From: Planctomycetota bacterium
GTDB taxonomy: Bacteria; Planctomycetota; B15-G4; SIAN01
Assembly (NCBI GenBank): GCA_028289345.1
Contig: JANQQL010000005.1
Coordinates: 291,012 to 355,011 of the forward strand
Length of the DNA stretch: 64,000 nt
Reading direction: 5' to 3'
Of this stretch, positions 9,123-19,299 are shown piece by piece. Position 1 is the first letter of the stretch. Every line of letters begins with the position of its first letter. Below the pieces are notes generated by a model. The model had not been told where the DNA came from. It did not search any database and saw nothing but the letters and a program-made list of their open reading frames with translations. The translations under genes were made by a program, and so were the position numbers.

Positions 9123-10270
9123 ACCGGGCGTGGGGCGCGATCCTGGTTGTCGCCTTCTGCGGCTCGCTCGGTTCCGTGTCAGTGGCTGCACCGGCCGAAG
9201 CCGATCCCGTGCGCACCGCGATGCAACGGGGCGTGAGCTACTTGCTCGAATCCCAGAACTCGGACGGCTCCTGGGGCGGGTTCCGGAACTCGACCTTCAC
9301 CAGCGGTTTCGCCAACCCGGCGACCTATCACTGCTGGCAGGTGGGAACCACGGCACTGGTGGCCCAGACGCTGATGAAGTGGGGAACCGGACACTCCGCA
9401 GACCATGCCTTGGACCGGGGACTTCACTACTTGGTGAATCACTCTCGATTGGTACGGCCCGCCGAGTGGGATGTCGACAACAACTGGGGCTTGCTGTACG
9501 GCTTGAACACCTTGGCCCTGGCGATGCAGGATCGACGCTACGCCGGTTCGTCCAAGTACGCGACCTTGCAGCGGGCCGCGCAAGACATGGTGTACCAGTT
9601 GCAACGCTACCAGTCGCCTCGCGGGGGCTGGGGCTACTACGCGTCCGCCCAAGCAGGATGGCGGCCTGACTGGGCCACCTCCTTCACGACCGCGGTGGGC
9701 GTCATCGCCCTGGTCCAGGCCAAGAAAGCCGGCTTGGAAGTGGACGAGAAAATGTTCGTCGCGGCCGTGCGTGCCGTCGAAAGCAGCCGACTCCCCAATG
9801 GGGCCTACGAATACGATGTGCGGGCCGTCCCTCGCCATCTGTCCGGAGAGTCCATCAATCAGGTGAAGGGCTCCCTGGGCCGAGTCCAAATTTGCAACTA
9901 TGCCCTGCTCCTCGCCAAAGGAAGGCTCGCCGAAGGAGTCCTGGCAACCGGCATGGAACAGTTCTTTCAGCACCACAAGTTCCTGGCCGTGGCACGCAAC
10001 AAGCCGATCCCCCACGAAGCCTACTACGGCAACGCGGCGTACTTCTATCTGTTCGGGCACTACTACGCGTCGCTGGCCCTGTCCGAGCTGCCGTTCGAGG
10101 AACGGCGTCGATGGACTTCCCGGCTGCAGGAGGCAGTGCTCGTGTGTCAGCAGTCCGACGGGTCGATGTGGGACTTCTGGCTCGCGAGCAACACCAAGCC
10201 CTACGGCACGGCGTTCGGAGTTCTCGCCCTAGGAAACACGTTGGCGCCGGCTTCCCCGGCGGCGGAATGA
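9119..10270 (+). CDS. secreted prenyltransferase/squalene-oxidase repeat protein (terpene cyclase-like alpha/alpha toroid)
   Basis: Signal peptide MNRAWGAILVVAFCGSLGSVSVAAP. Repeated xDGSWGG / GGWGYY motifs (QNSDGSWGGF, SPRGGWGYYA, QQSDGSMWDF) typical of SQHop-cyclase / prenyltransferase repeats. The 630-aa track ORF 8378..10270 is a read-through of two genes. Confidence 0.7.
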   Translation: MNRAWGAILVVAFCGSLGSVSVAAPAEADPVRTAMQRGVSYLLESQNSDGSWGGFRNSTFTSGFANPATYHCWQVGTTALVAQTLMKWGTGHSADHALDRGLHYLVNHSRLVRPAEWDVDNNWGLLYGLNTLALAMQDRRYAGSSKYATLQRAAQDMVYQLQRYQSPRGGWGYYASAQAGWRPDWATSFTTAVGVIALVQAKKAGLEVDEKMFVAAVRAVESSRLPNGAYEYDVRAVPRHLSGESINQVKGSLGRVQICNYALLLAKGRLAEGVLATGMEQFFQHHKFLAVARNKPIPHEAYYGNAAYFYLFGHYYASLALSELPFEERRRWTSRLQEAVLVCQQSDGSMWDFWLASNTKPYGTAFGVLALGNTLAPASPAAE

Positions 10271-10339
10271 CGCAGCTCCTTGGTTCGTCGCTGTTTGGGC
10301 AGGGACCGCGACTTCCGATCGACAGAGTGGTTTCCACGT

Positions 10340-11251
10340 TCAAGGTTTCTCTTCCTGCGTTGACTCACGCTCGTGATGCTTGACCATCAAAACAGGAGAG
10401 AACTCGCGCCGGATCACCCGCTCGGCAGTACTTCCCAAGAGCAGATGGCGGAACCCGGAACGTCCGGACACTCCGAGAACGACCAGGTCCGGCTTCACCT
10501 TTTCAAGGGATGAGAGGACTTCGAAACTCGGGTCGGTGTGCTCCCGTGTCACCAGTTCCCACGGCACCCCACAAGCGTCGAGACCGACGTCCTGGACGAG
10601 TCGCTGAATTCGGGGGAGATTCGAGGAGCCCTTCGAATCCGCGCGTCTCACAGAATTGAGGTTGAACCACGGCAGGCGATTCACGTGCAGGACTTTGAGC
10701 GCCGCCGACTCGATCCGCGCGAGGCGCGCCGCTTCCTGAAGGACTGTTCCCGAGACCGGTGACAAGTCCACGCAGGCGACAACCGTCGTCGCCGCCGCCG
10801 GCGCCGGCGACGGAACCAAGAGAACGCTGGCAGGTACCAGTGCGGCGGAACGGGTCGCCAAGCTTCCCACTCCATCGTCCGCCCGACCCCGACAACCCAA
10901 AACCACGAGATCCGCAGACACCATCCGCGAAACGGTCGCAATCTCTTGAATCGGAGCCCCGACGCGAACCTCCCAGTCGACGGCCTGCGGAAGATCCAGA
11001 CCTGCCGTGGCCTGCTCCAAGCACTGGATCATCTCTCGAGTCAAGAAATCTCGCATACTCGACTCGAGTGCTCCGGTCGAGCGGGCCACTTCACCAATCG
11101 CACTTTTGTCGATCACATGGACCACGTGCAACCGCGACTCGGCGTTTCTTGCCAAACGAACGGCCCAGTCAATGGCCACCTCGGAGCCCGGAGAGAAGTC
11201 GACTCCCACAAGGATGTTTCGAATTTGCTGCATGTTTGCGGATACCTCCAT
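10340..11251 (-). CDS. universal stress protein, tandem UspA domains
   Basis: Two Usp-like halves (ILVGVDFSPGS...HVVHVID...LVVLGCRGR ; VVACVDLSP...LVVLGVSGRSGFRHLLLGSTAERVIRR). Start at MEVSANMQQI (11251). Confidence 0.8.
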   Translation of the reverse strand: MEVSANMQQIRNILVGVDFSPGSEVAIDWAVRLARNAESRLHVVHVIDKSAIGEVARSTGALESSMRDFLTREMIQCLEQATAGLDLPQAVDWEVRVGAPIQEIATVSRMVSADLVVLGCRGRADDGVGSLATRSAALVPASVLLVPSPAPAAATTVVACVDLSPVSGTVLQEAARLARIESAALKVLHVNRLPWFNLNSVRRADSKGSSNLPRIQRLVQDVGLDACGVPWELVTREHTDPSFEVLSSLEKVKPDLVVLGVSGRSGFRHLLLGSTAERVIRREFSPVLMVKHHERESTQEEKP

Positions 11252-11449
11252 CCATTCCGCAGCAAGGCCAGTGCCAGCAACCGAGTTCGCAGGCAGGGCG
11301 AGGCGACCGGTCCCGCGAGCAATCCGCAATCCGCGGGGACTTTCCCAAAGCGCTGGGAATCGTTTCACGATTGCGGCTTCGGATCCTGGCCTCGAGACCG
11401 GCACGGCGAATGACTCTCGAAACGCCGAGTCGGAAGTTGGGTCGAGTCC

Positions 11450-13060
11450 TTAGCCGGCGGGACCTCGCCACGGCAACAGCAAACGGAACTCGGCTCCCCC
11501 CTCCATGCTGCGGGTGGCTTCCAGCGTTCCGTTGTGGGCTTGGGCGATTTCTCGGCAAACGGCGAGGCCCATGCCGGTTCCTTCCGGCTTCGTTGTTTCA
11601 AACATCTGGAACGGATCCAAGGAGGGATCAAGCCCGGGTCCCGAATCCCGAACAGTGATGCAAAGCGAACCAGCTTCTGCGAACGCACTCAACACAACCT
11701 TGCCGGATTCTTTCAAGGCTTCGAGGGCATTCTTGACCAAGTTGTCGAGCACTCGACGGAGCTTACTCACGTCCGCACGCAACTTGGGCATTCCTGGCTC
11801 GACCTCCACGGCCCACGCAGTGTTCTGCTGCTTTGCCACGCTTTCCCACTGACTCGCAACTTCGTCAAGGAACTGATCCACATCGACCTGACTCAACGAG
11901 AGGCGCTGACTCCGCAAGAAGTCGCGAAACTCCATCATCATGGCATCCAAATGCCGACCCGTCGCGAGAACGTTCTCCGCAGGCTCCAAAATCTCACTTG
12001 TCCCGCTTCGCTTTGCTCGACGAACGAGAAGTTGAGTCTGCATCAACAGACCGGCTAGAGGGTTGCCCAGGTCATGGACGATTTTTGCGGTGATCGCTCC
12101 AATGTCGGCCAGCCGGGACTGATCGTTCGCCGACTTCTCGAACTCCCGCAACTTTCGCTCGGCCAACGTCTCGCGAGTGACGTCGTGGACAAAGCCCTGA
12201 AGCGACATGGACTCGCCCCCCAAGGACGGCAATCCCACGCCTCGCTCCCAGACGATCTTCTCCTTGCCCCCGGCGGCAACAATCCGATAGCGCAACTCGA
12301 AAACATTGCCTCGCCCGATGGCAAGCTGAATCTCGTTCCAAACTCGCTCTTGGTCCTCCGGATGAATGACGTCTCGTCCATAGGAAACGCCTCGAGACAA
12401 AAATGTCGTCGAGCGATGACCAGTCAACTGCAAGCACCCATCGCTGACGAACTGCATCGTCCAATCCCGGTCATTCCAACAGCGATAGGCCATCCCCGGT
12501 AGATGGGAGAGGAGAGCGACCAGGACCTGATGGGTGTCGAGTTCTTCGCGCGCTGTCTCCAGCTCGCACTCAGCTGCCTTTCGCGCCCGGACGTCGCGAA
12601 CCGCGCACAGGGCATAGGTTTGCCCGGAGATGGTCACGGGACTCAAACTGATCTCGACCGCGACTTCCACGTTGTCTTTGCGAACGGCGAACAGCGTGAG
12701 GCCTCCCCCCATGGGACGCAAAGTCGGCTGCTTGAAATACATCTTCCGGTGATCCATGTGCTCCGAGCGAAAGCGGGGGGCGACGAGTCGCTCGACCAAC
12801 TCCCCGACGAGTTCGTCTCTCGTGTAGCCGAACAATGACTCCGCGTGCTGGTTGGTCAGAGCGATCACCCCCTCCGCATCGACCAACAACAGGGCATCGG
12901 GAACCGCCTCGAAGAAAGACAGAAAATCTCGGTCCTGCCAGGAGGGGGTTGGAGAGTCGAGTGAGGCCATCTTGATCGATCCGCTCCTCGGGAAATCGTT
13001 CCCATCTCGAGGCAAATTTACCATCCCATTCGCGGCACGCGTCGCAAGCTGGGGAGCCAT
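11450..13060 (-). CDS. PAS-domain sensor histidine kinase (cytoplasmic)
   Basis: PAS-like segments (LLLVDAEGVIALTNQHAESLFGYTRDELVG...). H-box region HDLGNPLAGLLMQTQLL; HATPase motifs (DNLVKNALEAL, RDSGPGLDP, GTGMGLAVCREIAQAHNG). No TM segment seen. Confidence 0.85.
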   Translation of the reverse strand: MAPQLATRAANGMVNLPRDGNDFPRSGSIKMASLDSPTPSWQDRDFLSFFEAVPDALLLVDAEGVIALTNQHAESLFGYTRDELVGELVERLVAPRFRSEHMDHRKMYFKQPTLRPMGGGLTLFAVRKDNVEVAVEISLSPVTISGQTYALCAVRDVRARKAAECELETAREELDTHQVLVALLSHLPGMAYRCWNDRDWTMQFVSDGCLQLTGHRSTTFLSRGVSYGRDVIHPEDQERVWNEIQLAIGRGNVFELRYRIVAAGGKEKIVWERGVGLPSLGGESMSLQGFVHDVTRETLAERKLREFEKSANDQSRLADIGAITAKIVHDLGNPLAGLLMQTQLLVRRAKRSGTSEILEPAENVLATGRHLDAMMMEFRDFLRSQRLSLSQVDVDQFLDEVASQWESVAKQQNTAWAVEVEPGMPKLRADVSKLRRVLDNLVKNALEALKESGKVVLSAFAEAGSLCITVRDSGPGLDPSLDPFQMFETTKPEGTGMGLAVCREIAQAHNGTLEATRSMEGGAEFRLLLPWRGPAG

Positions 13061-13173
13061 TGGGCCCAGCTTCCCTCACCGCGCGCCCGCGGGCACCTCT
13101 TTTGCGCAGGAATCCACCATCCAGTGAACTGCTTTCAAGAGTCATGCGAGTCCATCGCAAAGGAGAAACCGGG

Positions 13174-14085
13174 ATGTCCTCTCAGATCTTGCTTCCCACG
13201 GATTTGTCCGATCTTTCCTGGAAAGCGCTTCCCCACGCGGTCGATCTGACCGAACGACTCGGCGCCCAGCTACACGTAATCGCCGTCATTGAAGAGATGC
13301 GAGGGGGAGCGTTCCATCCCTACCCGGCGATGGAGATTCCCGCGTACACCCAGTACCTCGAGGATTTGCGTGGATCAACACTGGCGGCCGTTCACGAGAA
13401 GCTCGGGAGTTTTTCAGAAAACTGCACCATCTCCGTCCGCGACGCAGTCAGCGCCGCGAAAGACATCGTGCAGTACACTCAAGAATGCAACGTCGACATG
13501 GTCGTCATGGCGACCCATGGCCGGACTGGCCTGCAGCGGTTCTTGTTGGGAAGTACGACGGAACAGGTGCTGCGAACCTGCCCCGTTCCTGTGCTCTCAA
13601 TCCCGGCAAGAAGTCCCGATCCGGAACGCCCCCTCGGGATTCAGCGAGTTTTGTTCCCAACGGACCGTTCCGAAGCTTCTTGGTCCGCGTTCCCGAAAGC
13701 CCTCGATCTGGCGAAAACCTACGACGCCCAACTCACTGTCCTCTCGGTGATCGAGGAACCCTATTACCTCGCCCCGATGGGACCCACCGCAACCAGACCG
13801 GAACTCCTGAAAGAAGTCCGCCCCAGGGTTCTGAAGTCCATCCACGAGAAGCTGGAGCAGATGAACTTGCCGGGAGAGGTACCGGTCGAGATCGTCCAGT
13901 CGACCCAACCCGCCGAAGCAGTGGTCCAGTTCGCCGAAGAACGGGACATCGGACTCATGGTGATGGCCACCCAGGGGAGGACTGGGTTCGATCGAATGCT
14001 CATCGGCAGCACTGCCGAACGCATCGTGCGACTCTCAGAGATCCCCGTGCTGACGGTCCGAGGCCAGAAGGAATCGAAATCATGA
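13174..14085 (+). CDS. universal stress protein, tandem UspA domains
   Basis: MSSQILLPTDLSDLS...VVMATHGRTGLQRFLLGSTTEQVLRTCPVPVL, then a second copy ...MVMATQGRTGFDRMLIGSTAERIVR. ATG at 13174 preceded by aggagaaacc. Confidence 0.85.
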   Translation: MSSQILLPTDLSDLSWKALPHAVDLTERLGAQLHVIAVIEEMRGGAFHPYPAMEIPAYTQYLEDLRGSTLAAVHEKLGSFSENCTISVRDAVSAAKDIVQYTQECNVDMVVMATHGRTGLQRFLLGSTTEQVLRTCPVPVLSIPARSPDPERPLGIQRVLFPTDRSEASWSAFPKALDLAKTYDAQLTVLSVIEEPYYLAPMGPTATRPELLKEVRPRVLKSIHEKLEQMNLPGEVPVEIVQSTQPAEAVVQFAEERDIGLMVMATQGRTGFDRMLIGSTAERIVRLSEIPVLTVRGQKESKS

Positions 14086-14522
14086 TTCTCCGACACATTC
14101 TTCTGACGACCGACCTTTCTCCGCAAGCCGAGCAAGCCTTCGATCCGGTCGCCTCGCTGGCTCGGCGGATGGAAGCGAAAGTGACGTTGATCTACGCAGT
14201 CCCGGAGCTTGACGTGGCGCCTCACGGAGAGGTGATGGATGAATCGACCCCCCGCGTGGCCCACAAGATCACGGAAGCCACGGCCGCCCTCGAAGCGGTC
14301 AAGAAGAAGCTGTCTGAGAGTCTGGAAGTCGAAGTCATCGCTGTCCCGGCCCAACATGCAGCGAAAGCAATCGTCGACTACGCGAAGCAGCACGATGTAG
14401 ACCTGATCGCCATGGCAACCCACGGCCGCGGTGCAATCGGACGGACATTCCTGGGAAGCGTCGCGACCGAGGTCCTCAAGTCAGCGAACGCTCCCGTGCT
14501 CTGCTTTCCTCCGAAGTCGTGA
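14082..14522 (+). CDS. universal stress protein, single UspA domain
   Basis: MILRHILLTTDLSPQAE...LIAMATHGRGAIGRTFLGSVATEVLKSANAPVL. Start overlaps the preceding stop (ATGA at 14082-14085). Confidence 0.8.
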   Translation: MILRHILLTTDLSPQAEQAFDPVASLARRMEAKVTLIYAVPELDVAPHGEVMDESTPRVAHKITEATAALEAVKKKLSESLEVEVIAVPAQHAAKAIVDYAKQHDVDLIAMATHGRGAIGRTFLGSVATEVLKSANAPVLCFPPKS

Positions 14523-16408
14523 CGACCAATCCTCCCCAACAAAAGCGCCCCCGGCGAATCTTCCCGTTTCGCAGGTGGTGGGCCCTCCTCATCGCGATTT
14601 GGGCAGTGTGGCTGATGCAGTCCGTGACCAACGGCGCCGCGGACCGGGTGATCCCCTACAACGAGTTCAAACAACACTTGAGCGAGGGCTCGATCCAGCG
14701 CTGCACCATCGAAGAGGGTCGAATCCGAGGCTGGATCCGGGGCGATGAAGAAACCTCGGCCATTGAAGAGTCGTCGGCAGACGACCAGGGAACTCCTTTC
14801 GAAACCGTTCGACTCGAGGACCCAGACCTCGTCCGCGAGCTTCAGGACGCAGGCGTCGAGTACCGAGCGATTCCTCCCGATCCTTGGGGAGCGTTGTGGG
14901 TCTGGATTCTCCCGGTGGGCTTGATCTTCGCCTGGATCTTCTTGCTCCGATCGATGGGGGGACCGGGCACCCAGGCGGCGACGTTCGGCAAGAGCAAGGC
15001 CCGGATTGTTCCTGAGAAAAGCATCTCCGTGAACTTCAACGACGTCGCGGGGTGCGAAGAGGCCAAGTCCGACCTCAAAGAGATCGTGGACTTCTTGCAG
15101 TCACCCAAACGCTTCACCGCTTTGGGCGCGAGAATCCCCAAAGGGGTGTTGCTGGTTGGCCCTCCGGGAACGGGCAAGACACTCCTGGCTCGTGCCGTGG
15201 CCGGCCAGGCGTCCGTCCCTTTCTTCTCGATCAGCGGGAGCGAGTTCGTGGAGATGTTTGTGGGCGTCGGTGCTGCCCGAGTCCGTGATCTCTTCGAGAA
15301 GGCCAAGGCGAAGGCACCCTGTCTCATTTTTGTGGACGAACTTGACGCCATTGGCCGCCAACGGGGGGTGCAATTCGGCGCGGTCAACGACGAACGCGAG
15401 CAGACGCTGAATCAACTCTTGGTCGAGCTGGATGGGTTCGAAGCGAATTCCGGCGTCATCCTCTTGGCCGCAACGAACCGCCCTGACGTGCTCGATCGAG
15501 CCCTCCTGCGCCCCGGTCGTTTCGATCGACAAGTGATCTTGGACACCCCGGATCTCTCGGGACGCGAGGCGATCCTGGTGGTCCATGCCGCCGGCAAACC
15601 GATGGCGAGCGACGTCGACCTCCAGCGAGTGGCAAGGGCGACCCCAGGCTTCACCGGTGCAGACCTGGCGAACACGATCAACGAAGCGGCGCTGCTCGCA
15701 GCCAGGCGATCTCACCAAGAGATCTCTGCGGCAGACCTGGATGACGCGATCGAGAAAGTCGTGGCCGGTCCCGAGCGCAAGAGTCGACGTCTTTCGGAAC
15801 GGGAGAAGCGTCGGGTCGCTTACCACGAAGCCGGACACGCCCTCGTCGCCATTCACTCGAAACACCCGGACCCCGTCCGCAAGATCAGTATCGTGCCGAG
15901 GGGCAAGGCGGCCCTGGGCTACACCCTGCAAACCCCGGAATCAGAAGCCTTCCTCCAAACTCGCTCCGAGATCCTGACCCGAGTCCAGGGACTACTCGGC
16001 GGCCGCGCGGCGGAAGAACTACTCGCGGGAGATGTTTCCACCGGGGCTCAGAACGACCTCGAGCGAGCCACGGCGCTGATTCGCCAAATGATCGGTGTCC
16101 ATGGAATGGGCAGCCGAGTGGGCTTGCTCCACTGCGCTCGCCCCGATCATCCAAGGTACCTCACTCCGACGGGGGTCGGGTGGACCCGAGACTGCTCCGA
16201 GGCAACGGCTCGTGCCATCGACCAAGAGGCCTCCGAGCTTCTCCAGGAGGCCTACGAGGCCGCCCGGGAACTCCTGACCGCGCACCAAGAAGAACTGGAA
16301 GCCCTTGCTCGCGACCTCCTCGAGACCGAAACCCTGGACCGCGAACGAATCGACGAGATCCTGTCCGCCGCAACGAACCGTGGCAGCGTTCGAGACGGCA
16401 TCTGCTGA
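14519..16408 (+). CDS. ftsH: ATP-dependent zinc metalloprotease FtsH
   Basis: N-terminal TMs; AAA Walker [17 protein letters not shown]; Walker [10 protein letters not shown]; second region of homology; zinc site HEAGHAL. GTG start at 14519 overlaps the Usp stop (GTGA). Confidence 0.93.
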   Translation: MTTNPPQQKRPRRIFPFRRWWALLIAIWAVWLMQSVTNGAADRVIPYNEFKQHLSEGSIQRCTIEEGRIRGWIRGDEETSAIEESSADDQGTPFETVRLEDPDLVRELQDAGVEYRAIPPDPWGALWVWILPVGLIFAWIFLLRSMGGPGTQAATFGKSKARIVPEKSISVNFNDVAGCEEAKSDLKEIVDFLQSPKRFTALGARIPKGVLLVGPPGTGKTLLARAVAGQASVPFFSISGSEFVEMFVGVGAARVRDLFEKAKAKAPCLIFVDELDAIGRQRGVQFGAVNDEREQTLNQLLVELDGFEANSGVILLAATNRPDVLDRALLRPGRFDRQVILDTPDLSGREAILVVHAAGKPMASDVDLQRVARATPGFTGADLANTINEAALLAARRSHQEISAADLDDAIEKVVAGPERKSRRLSEREKRRVAYHEAGHALVAIHSKHPDPVRKISIVPRGKAALGYTLQTPESEAFLQTRSEILTRVQGLLGGRAAEELLAGDVSTGAQNDLERATALIRQMIGVHGMGSRVGLLHCARPDHPRYLTPTGVGWTRDCSEATARAIDQEASELLQEAYEAARELLTAHQEELEALARDLLETETLDRERIDEILSAATNRGSVRDGIC

Positions 16409-16578
16409 GACCTTCCCGGCGACGCGGGAAACCCTCCCCGCTTGCGAGGAACATTCCTCGCAGAGTGCTCGCAGTCGCCGATGAGCTTGGGAGGCCTCGG
16501 ACGAGAAGAGAGGACGGAACGACGTTTGCGGATGTCACTTCCGTATGGAAATCACCAACCTTCCCGAGGAGGTGTGTC

Positions 16579-17070
16579 ATGAAGACGGTTCCATTCGAAC
16601 AGGTGCGAGTCAAGGACGTGATGACCCCGGCACCAATCTGCGTGACCGGTCCCACCGATCTTCAGGAACTTGCAAGCATCTTCGAGGACAACGGCATTTC
16701 CGGCGCTCCCGTATTGGACACGCAGAATCAGGTGGTAGGCGTCGTCTCGAAGACGGATCTGATCACTCGCTGCCTGGAACACACGGCGGGCGTTGCGGCC
16801 GGCGATACTCTTTCGGTCTTCTCGGGCCTTGCCGCGGGAACCGGCTCTTCCCTGGACCCCGAAAGCCTCGGCAGTGTCCAGGATTTCATGACCACGGATC
16901 CCGTCACGGCAACCGCTGACGAAGCAGTCGTTGAAGTCGCAAGGCGCATGGCTGCGGAGCGTGTTCACCGTGTCGTTGTGGTGGACGACCGACAACGGGC
17001 CATTGGGATCGTCACCACACTCGACGTGTTGGACGCCGTTCCTGCCTGCGTGACCTCGGAAACCGAGTGA
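16579..17070 (+). CDS. CBS-domain pair protein
   Basis: Two CBS-like repeats (VKDVMTPAPICVTGPTDLQELASIFEDNGISGAPVLD ; VQDFMTTDPVTATADEAVVEVARRMAAERVHRVVVVDD). ATG at 16579 after gaggaggtg. Confidence 0.85.
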   Translation: MKTVPFEQVRVKDVMTPAPICVTGPTDLQELASIFEDNGISGAPVLDTQNQVVGVVSKTDLITRCLEHTAGVAAGDTLSVFSGLAAGTGSSLDPESLGSVQDFMTTDPVTATADEAVVEVARRMAAERVHRVVVVDDRQRAIGIVTTLDVLDAVPACVTSETE

Positions 17071-17082
17071 GGTTCGAGTTCG

Positions 17083-17694
17083 ATGAGCTCTTCGCAACGG
17101 TCGTTCTCCGCTGTGAAGCAGTCTGGCGAGGGTGCCGCACGAATGCTGCAAGGCCGCGCTGCCAGGAGGTTTGGAGCCGCGGAACGGAGCCGCGTCACGG
17201 CGGTGAACAGTCACCATCACGTGCTTGGCACCCTCGCCCCCGTCGGGGCAAAGCGACTGCAGCAAGGGGATCGCTGCCACGAATTCGTTTGCGGTACTCC
17301 GACGCCCTGTTCCCAGTGTCCGGTTGGGAAGTGTGGTCGAGAGGAGTTACTCCGGGGACCCGGAACCTACGCGTTTCTGGATCGCGTCAGACCACAAGTC
17401 TATGACCTGGTGGAAGTATCGACCGCCTCAGCGATGGGTGCAGACCAACAATTCGTTTGCTCGCGATCACGATTGAACGAAATCACCGGACAGTTGCTCG
17501 AAGACCTCACACACAGGGCTTTTGCGTCTCGGGTTGGAATTCACTTGGAAACGGTGGCCAACAAACTCCAAGGAGTTTCCTGCCTCTTGGACACAGCCCG
17601 CACCCAGCCCATTCCTGCCGAGAAGCGGGGGGTGGCGCAACGAGATCTTCGCAGGGCTTGGGACCTGCTCACCCACCTCACTCGGACTCCTTGA
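17083..17694 (+). CDS. hypothetical Cys/His-containing protein
   Basis: ORF 13 nt downstream of the CBS gene, same strand. Contains HHHV...CHEFVCGTPTPCSQCPVGKCG. No recognisable family. Confidence 0.35.
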   Translation: MSSSQRSFSAVKQSGEGAARMLQGRAARRFGAAERSRVTAVNSHHHVLGTLAPVGAKRLQQGDRCHEFVCGTPTPCSQCPVGKCGREELLRGPGTYAFLDRVRPQVYDLVEVSTASAMGADQQFVCSRSRLNEITGQLLEDLTHRAFASRVGIHLETVANKLQGVSCLLDTARTQPIPAEKRGVAQRDLRRAWDLLTHLTRTP

Positions 17695-17766
17695 ATTCAA
17701 CCCACGGCCCGATGGTCAGTGGATGAGTTTCGCACGGAGTCGTTGTTCGAAGTGGCGAACGATCCG

Positions 17767-19215
17767 TCAATCGGATCCGGATGCCTCCGCGGCGGACGAG
17801 TTCGACTTCTTCCGAGTGCGAATCCATCGAGTCAAGCCGTACTTCTTGACCCAGTAGCGCACTTGGTCGCGATGGATGCCGAGCATGCTGGCAGCACCGC
17901 TCTTGTTGCCGGCGCACTTCACCAAAGCCTGATCCAGAAGGTCCTTGATCAGGTCTTCGAGAATCAAACCCTGATCGGGAATGGTCAGCAGGTGTTCCCC
18001 CGAACCAGCTTGGGAGACTCGGGGGGCTCCGCGAATCTCGCGCGGCAGATCTCCCACCCCCAGCCGCTCGTTCCTGGCCAAGAGGACCGCTCGTTCGACG
18101 CAGTTGCGCAGCTCGCGAACATTGCCAGGCCAGTCGTATCGGCCCAGTAATGTCATCGCTTCGGCGTCGAACCCACGGCTCACTTTGCGCAACTCGGTGG
18201 CAAAGTACTCGGTGAAGTGGGAGACCAAATCACGCACGTCCTCGCGTCGCTCACGCAATGGCGGGATCTCGATCGGGATCACGTTCAACCGGTAGTAAAG
18301 GTCGCTGCGGAACGTGCCTTCCTCAATGGCCTTGGAAAGATCGCGGTTGGTCGCGGCGATGACGCGCACGTCCACTTGAATCTCCCGCAGTCCACCAACC
18401 CGACGAAACGTCTTCGATTCCAGGAACCGCAATAGCTTGCCCTGCAAGCTTTGTGGCATGTCCCCGATCTCGTCGAGAAAGATGGTGCCTCCCTGCGCTT
18501 CCTCAAATAACCCACGCTTGGCTTGTTTGGCGTCGGTGAACGCTCCTTTTTCGTGACCGAACAGCTCGCTTTCCAGCAACGCTTCCGGGAGCGCCGTGCA
18601 GGTGATATTGAGGAACGGGGCGTCGGTCTCTGGACTCGCAAAGTGAATTGCGCGCGCCACCAAGTCTTTGCCGGTCCCGCTCTCGCCCCGGATCAGAATG
18701 GTCTGGGCACCACTTCGGGACACCCGCTCCAGGAAGTCGCGGAGCTCGTTCATGGCCGGACTGCCACCGATGAGGTTGTCGATGCCGGAGCTGGCTCGGT
18801 CCTTGGCGCGAACCCGGGCCATTTGAGAGCGCAACGACACGTTCTCCAGGACTCGATCGGCGAGCAGCACCATCTCGTCCAGGTCGAACGGTTTGATCAG
18901 ATAGTCGGCAGCGCCGGCCTTCATGGCCCGAACGGCGTCTTCGATCGAAGCAAACGCCGTCATCATGATGACCGCCGCCGGGGACTGGTTCTTTCGGAGT
19001 TCCTCGAGAAGGGCCAGCCCCGTTCCATCCCCCAACCGATGGTCGAGAAGGATCAGCGCGAAGTCTGTTTCCGCGATGCGCTTGCGAGCGACCCCCACCC
19101 CATCGGCGGTGGTGACGCGAACGCCCTCTTCCGCGAATCGCTCCTGCAAAGCGCTTCGGATCGACAGCTCGTCGTCGACGATCAGGACCGGGCGACCTTT
19201 CAGGTGCTTGCTCAT
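17767..19215 (-). CDS. sigma-54-dependent Fis-family response regulator (REC + AAA+ sigma54 activator + HTH)
   Basis: REC LIVDDELSIRSALQERF...LILLDHRLGDGTGL. Walker A GESGTGKDLVARAIH. GAFTDA; ESELFGHEKGAFT region. C-terminal Fis-type HTH (AASMLGIHRDQVRYWVKKYG). Confidence 0.9.
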   Translation of the reverse strand: MSKHLKGRPVLIVDDELSIRSALQERFAEEGVRVTTADGVGVARKRIAETDFALILLDHRLGDGTGLALLEELRKNQSPAAVIMMTAFASIEDAVRAMKAGAADYLIKPFDLDEMVLLADRVLENVSLRSQMARVRAKDRASSGIDNLIGGSPAMNELRDFLERVSRSGAQTILIRGESGTGKDLVARAIHFASPETDAPFLNITCTALPEALLESELFGHEKGAFTDAKQAKRGLFEEAQGGTIFLDEIGDMPQSLQGKLLRFLESKTFRRVGGLREIQVDVRVIAATNRDLSKAIEEGTFRSDLYYRLNVIPIEIPPLRERREDVRDLVSHFTEYFATELRKVSRGFDAEAMTLLGRYDWPGNVRELRNCVERAVLLARNERLGVGDLPREIRGAPRVSQAGSGEHLLTIPDQGLILEDLIKDLLDQALVKCAGNKSGAASMLGIHRDQVRYWVKKYGLTRWIRTRKKSNSSAAEASGSD

Positions 19216-19275
19216 GGCAACGAGTCTCCTCGATAAGTGCGGATTCCAAGCATTAGCGGGGGAGATCTACCACCG

Positions 19276-19299
19276 AGAGTGGGAAATATACCCCACTCT
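19276..19299. promoter_or_regulatory. inverted repeat AGAGTGGG-(aaatatac)-CCCACTCT in the divergent intergenic region between the sigma-54 activator and the secreted-protein/ECF operon
   Basis: Read directly: 8-bp perfect arms around an 8-nt A/T-rich spacer; the only A/T-rich patch in a 283-bp GC-rich intergenic region. Confidence 0.3.

Noticed and set aside
8378-10270. 630-aa single ORF
   Set aside because: The first two thirds are an out-of-frame read across the upstream lipoprotein gene. The real start is the ATG at 9119, which overlaps that gene's stop.
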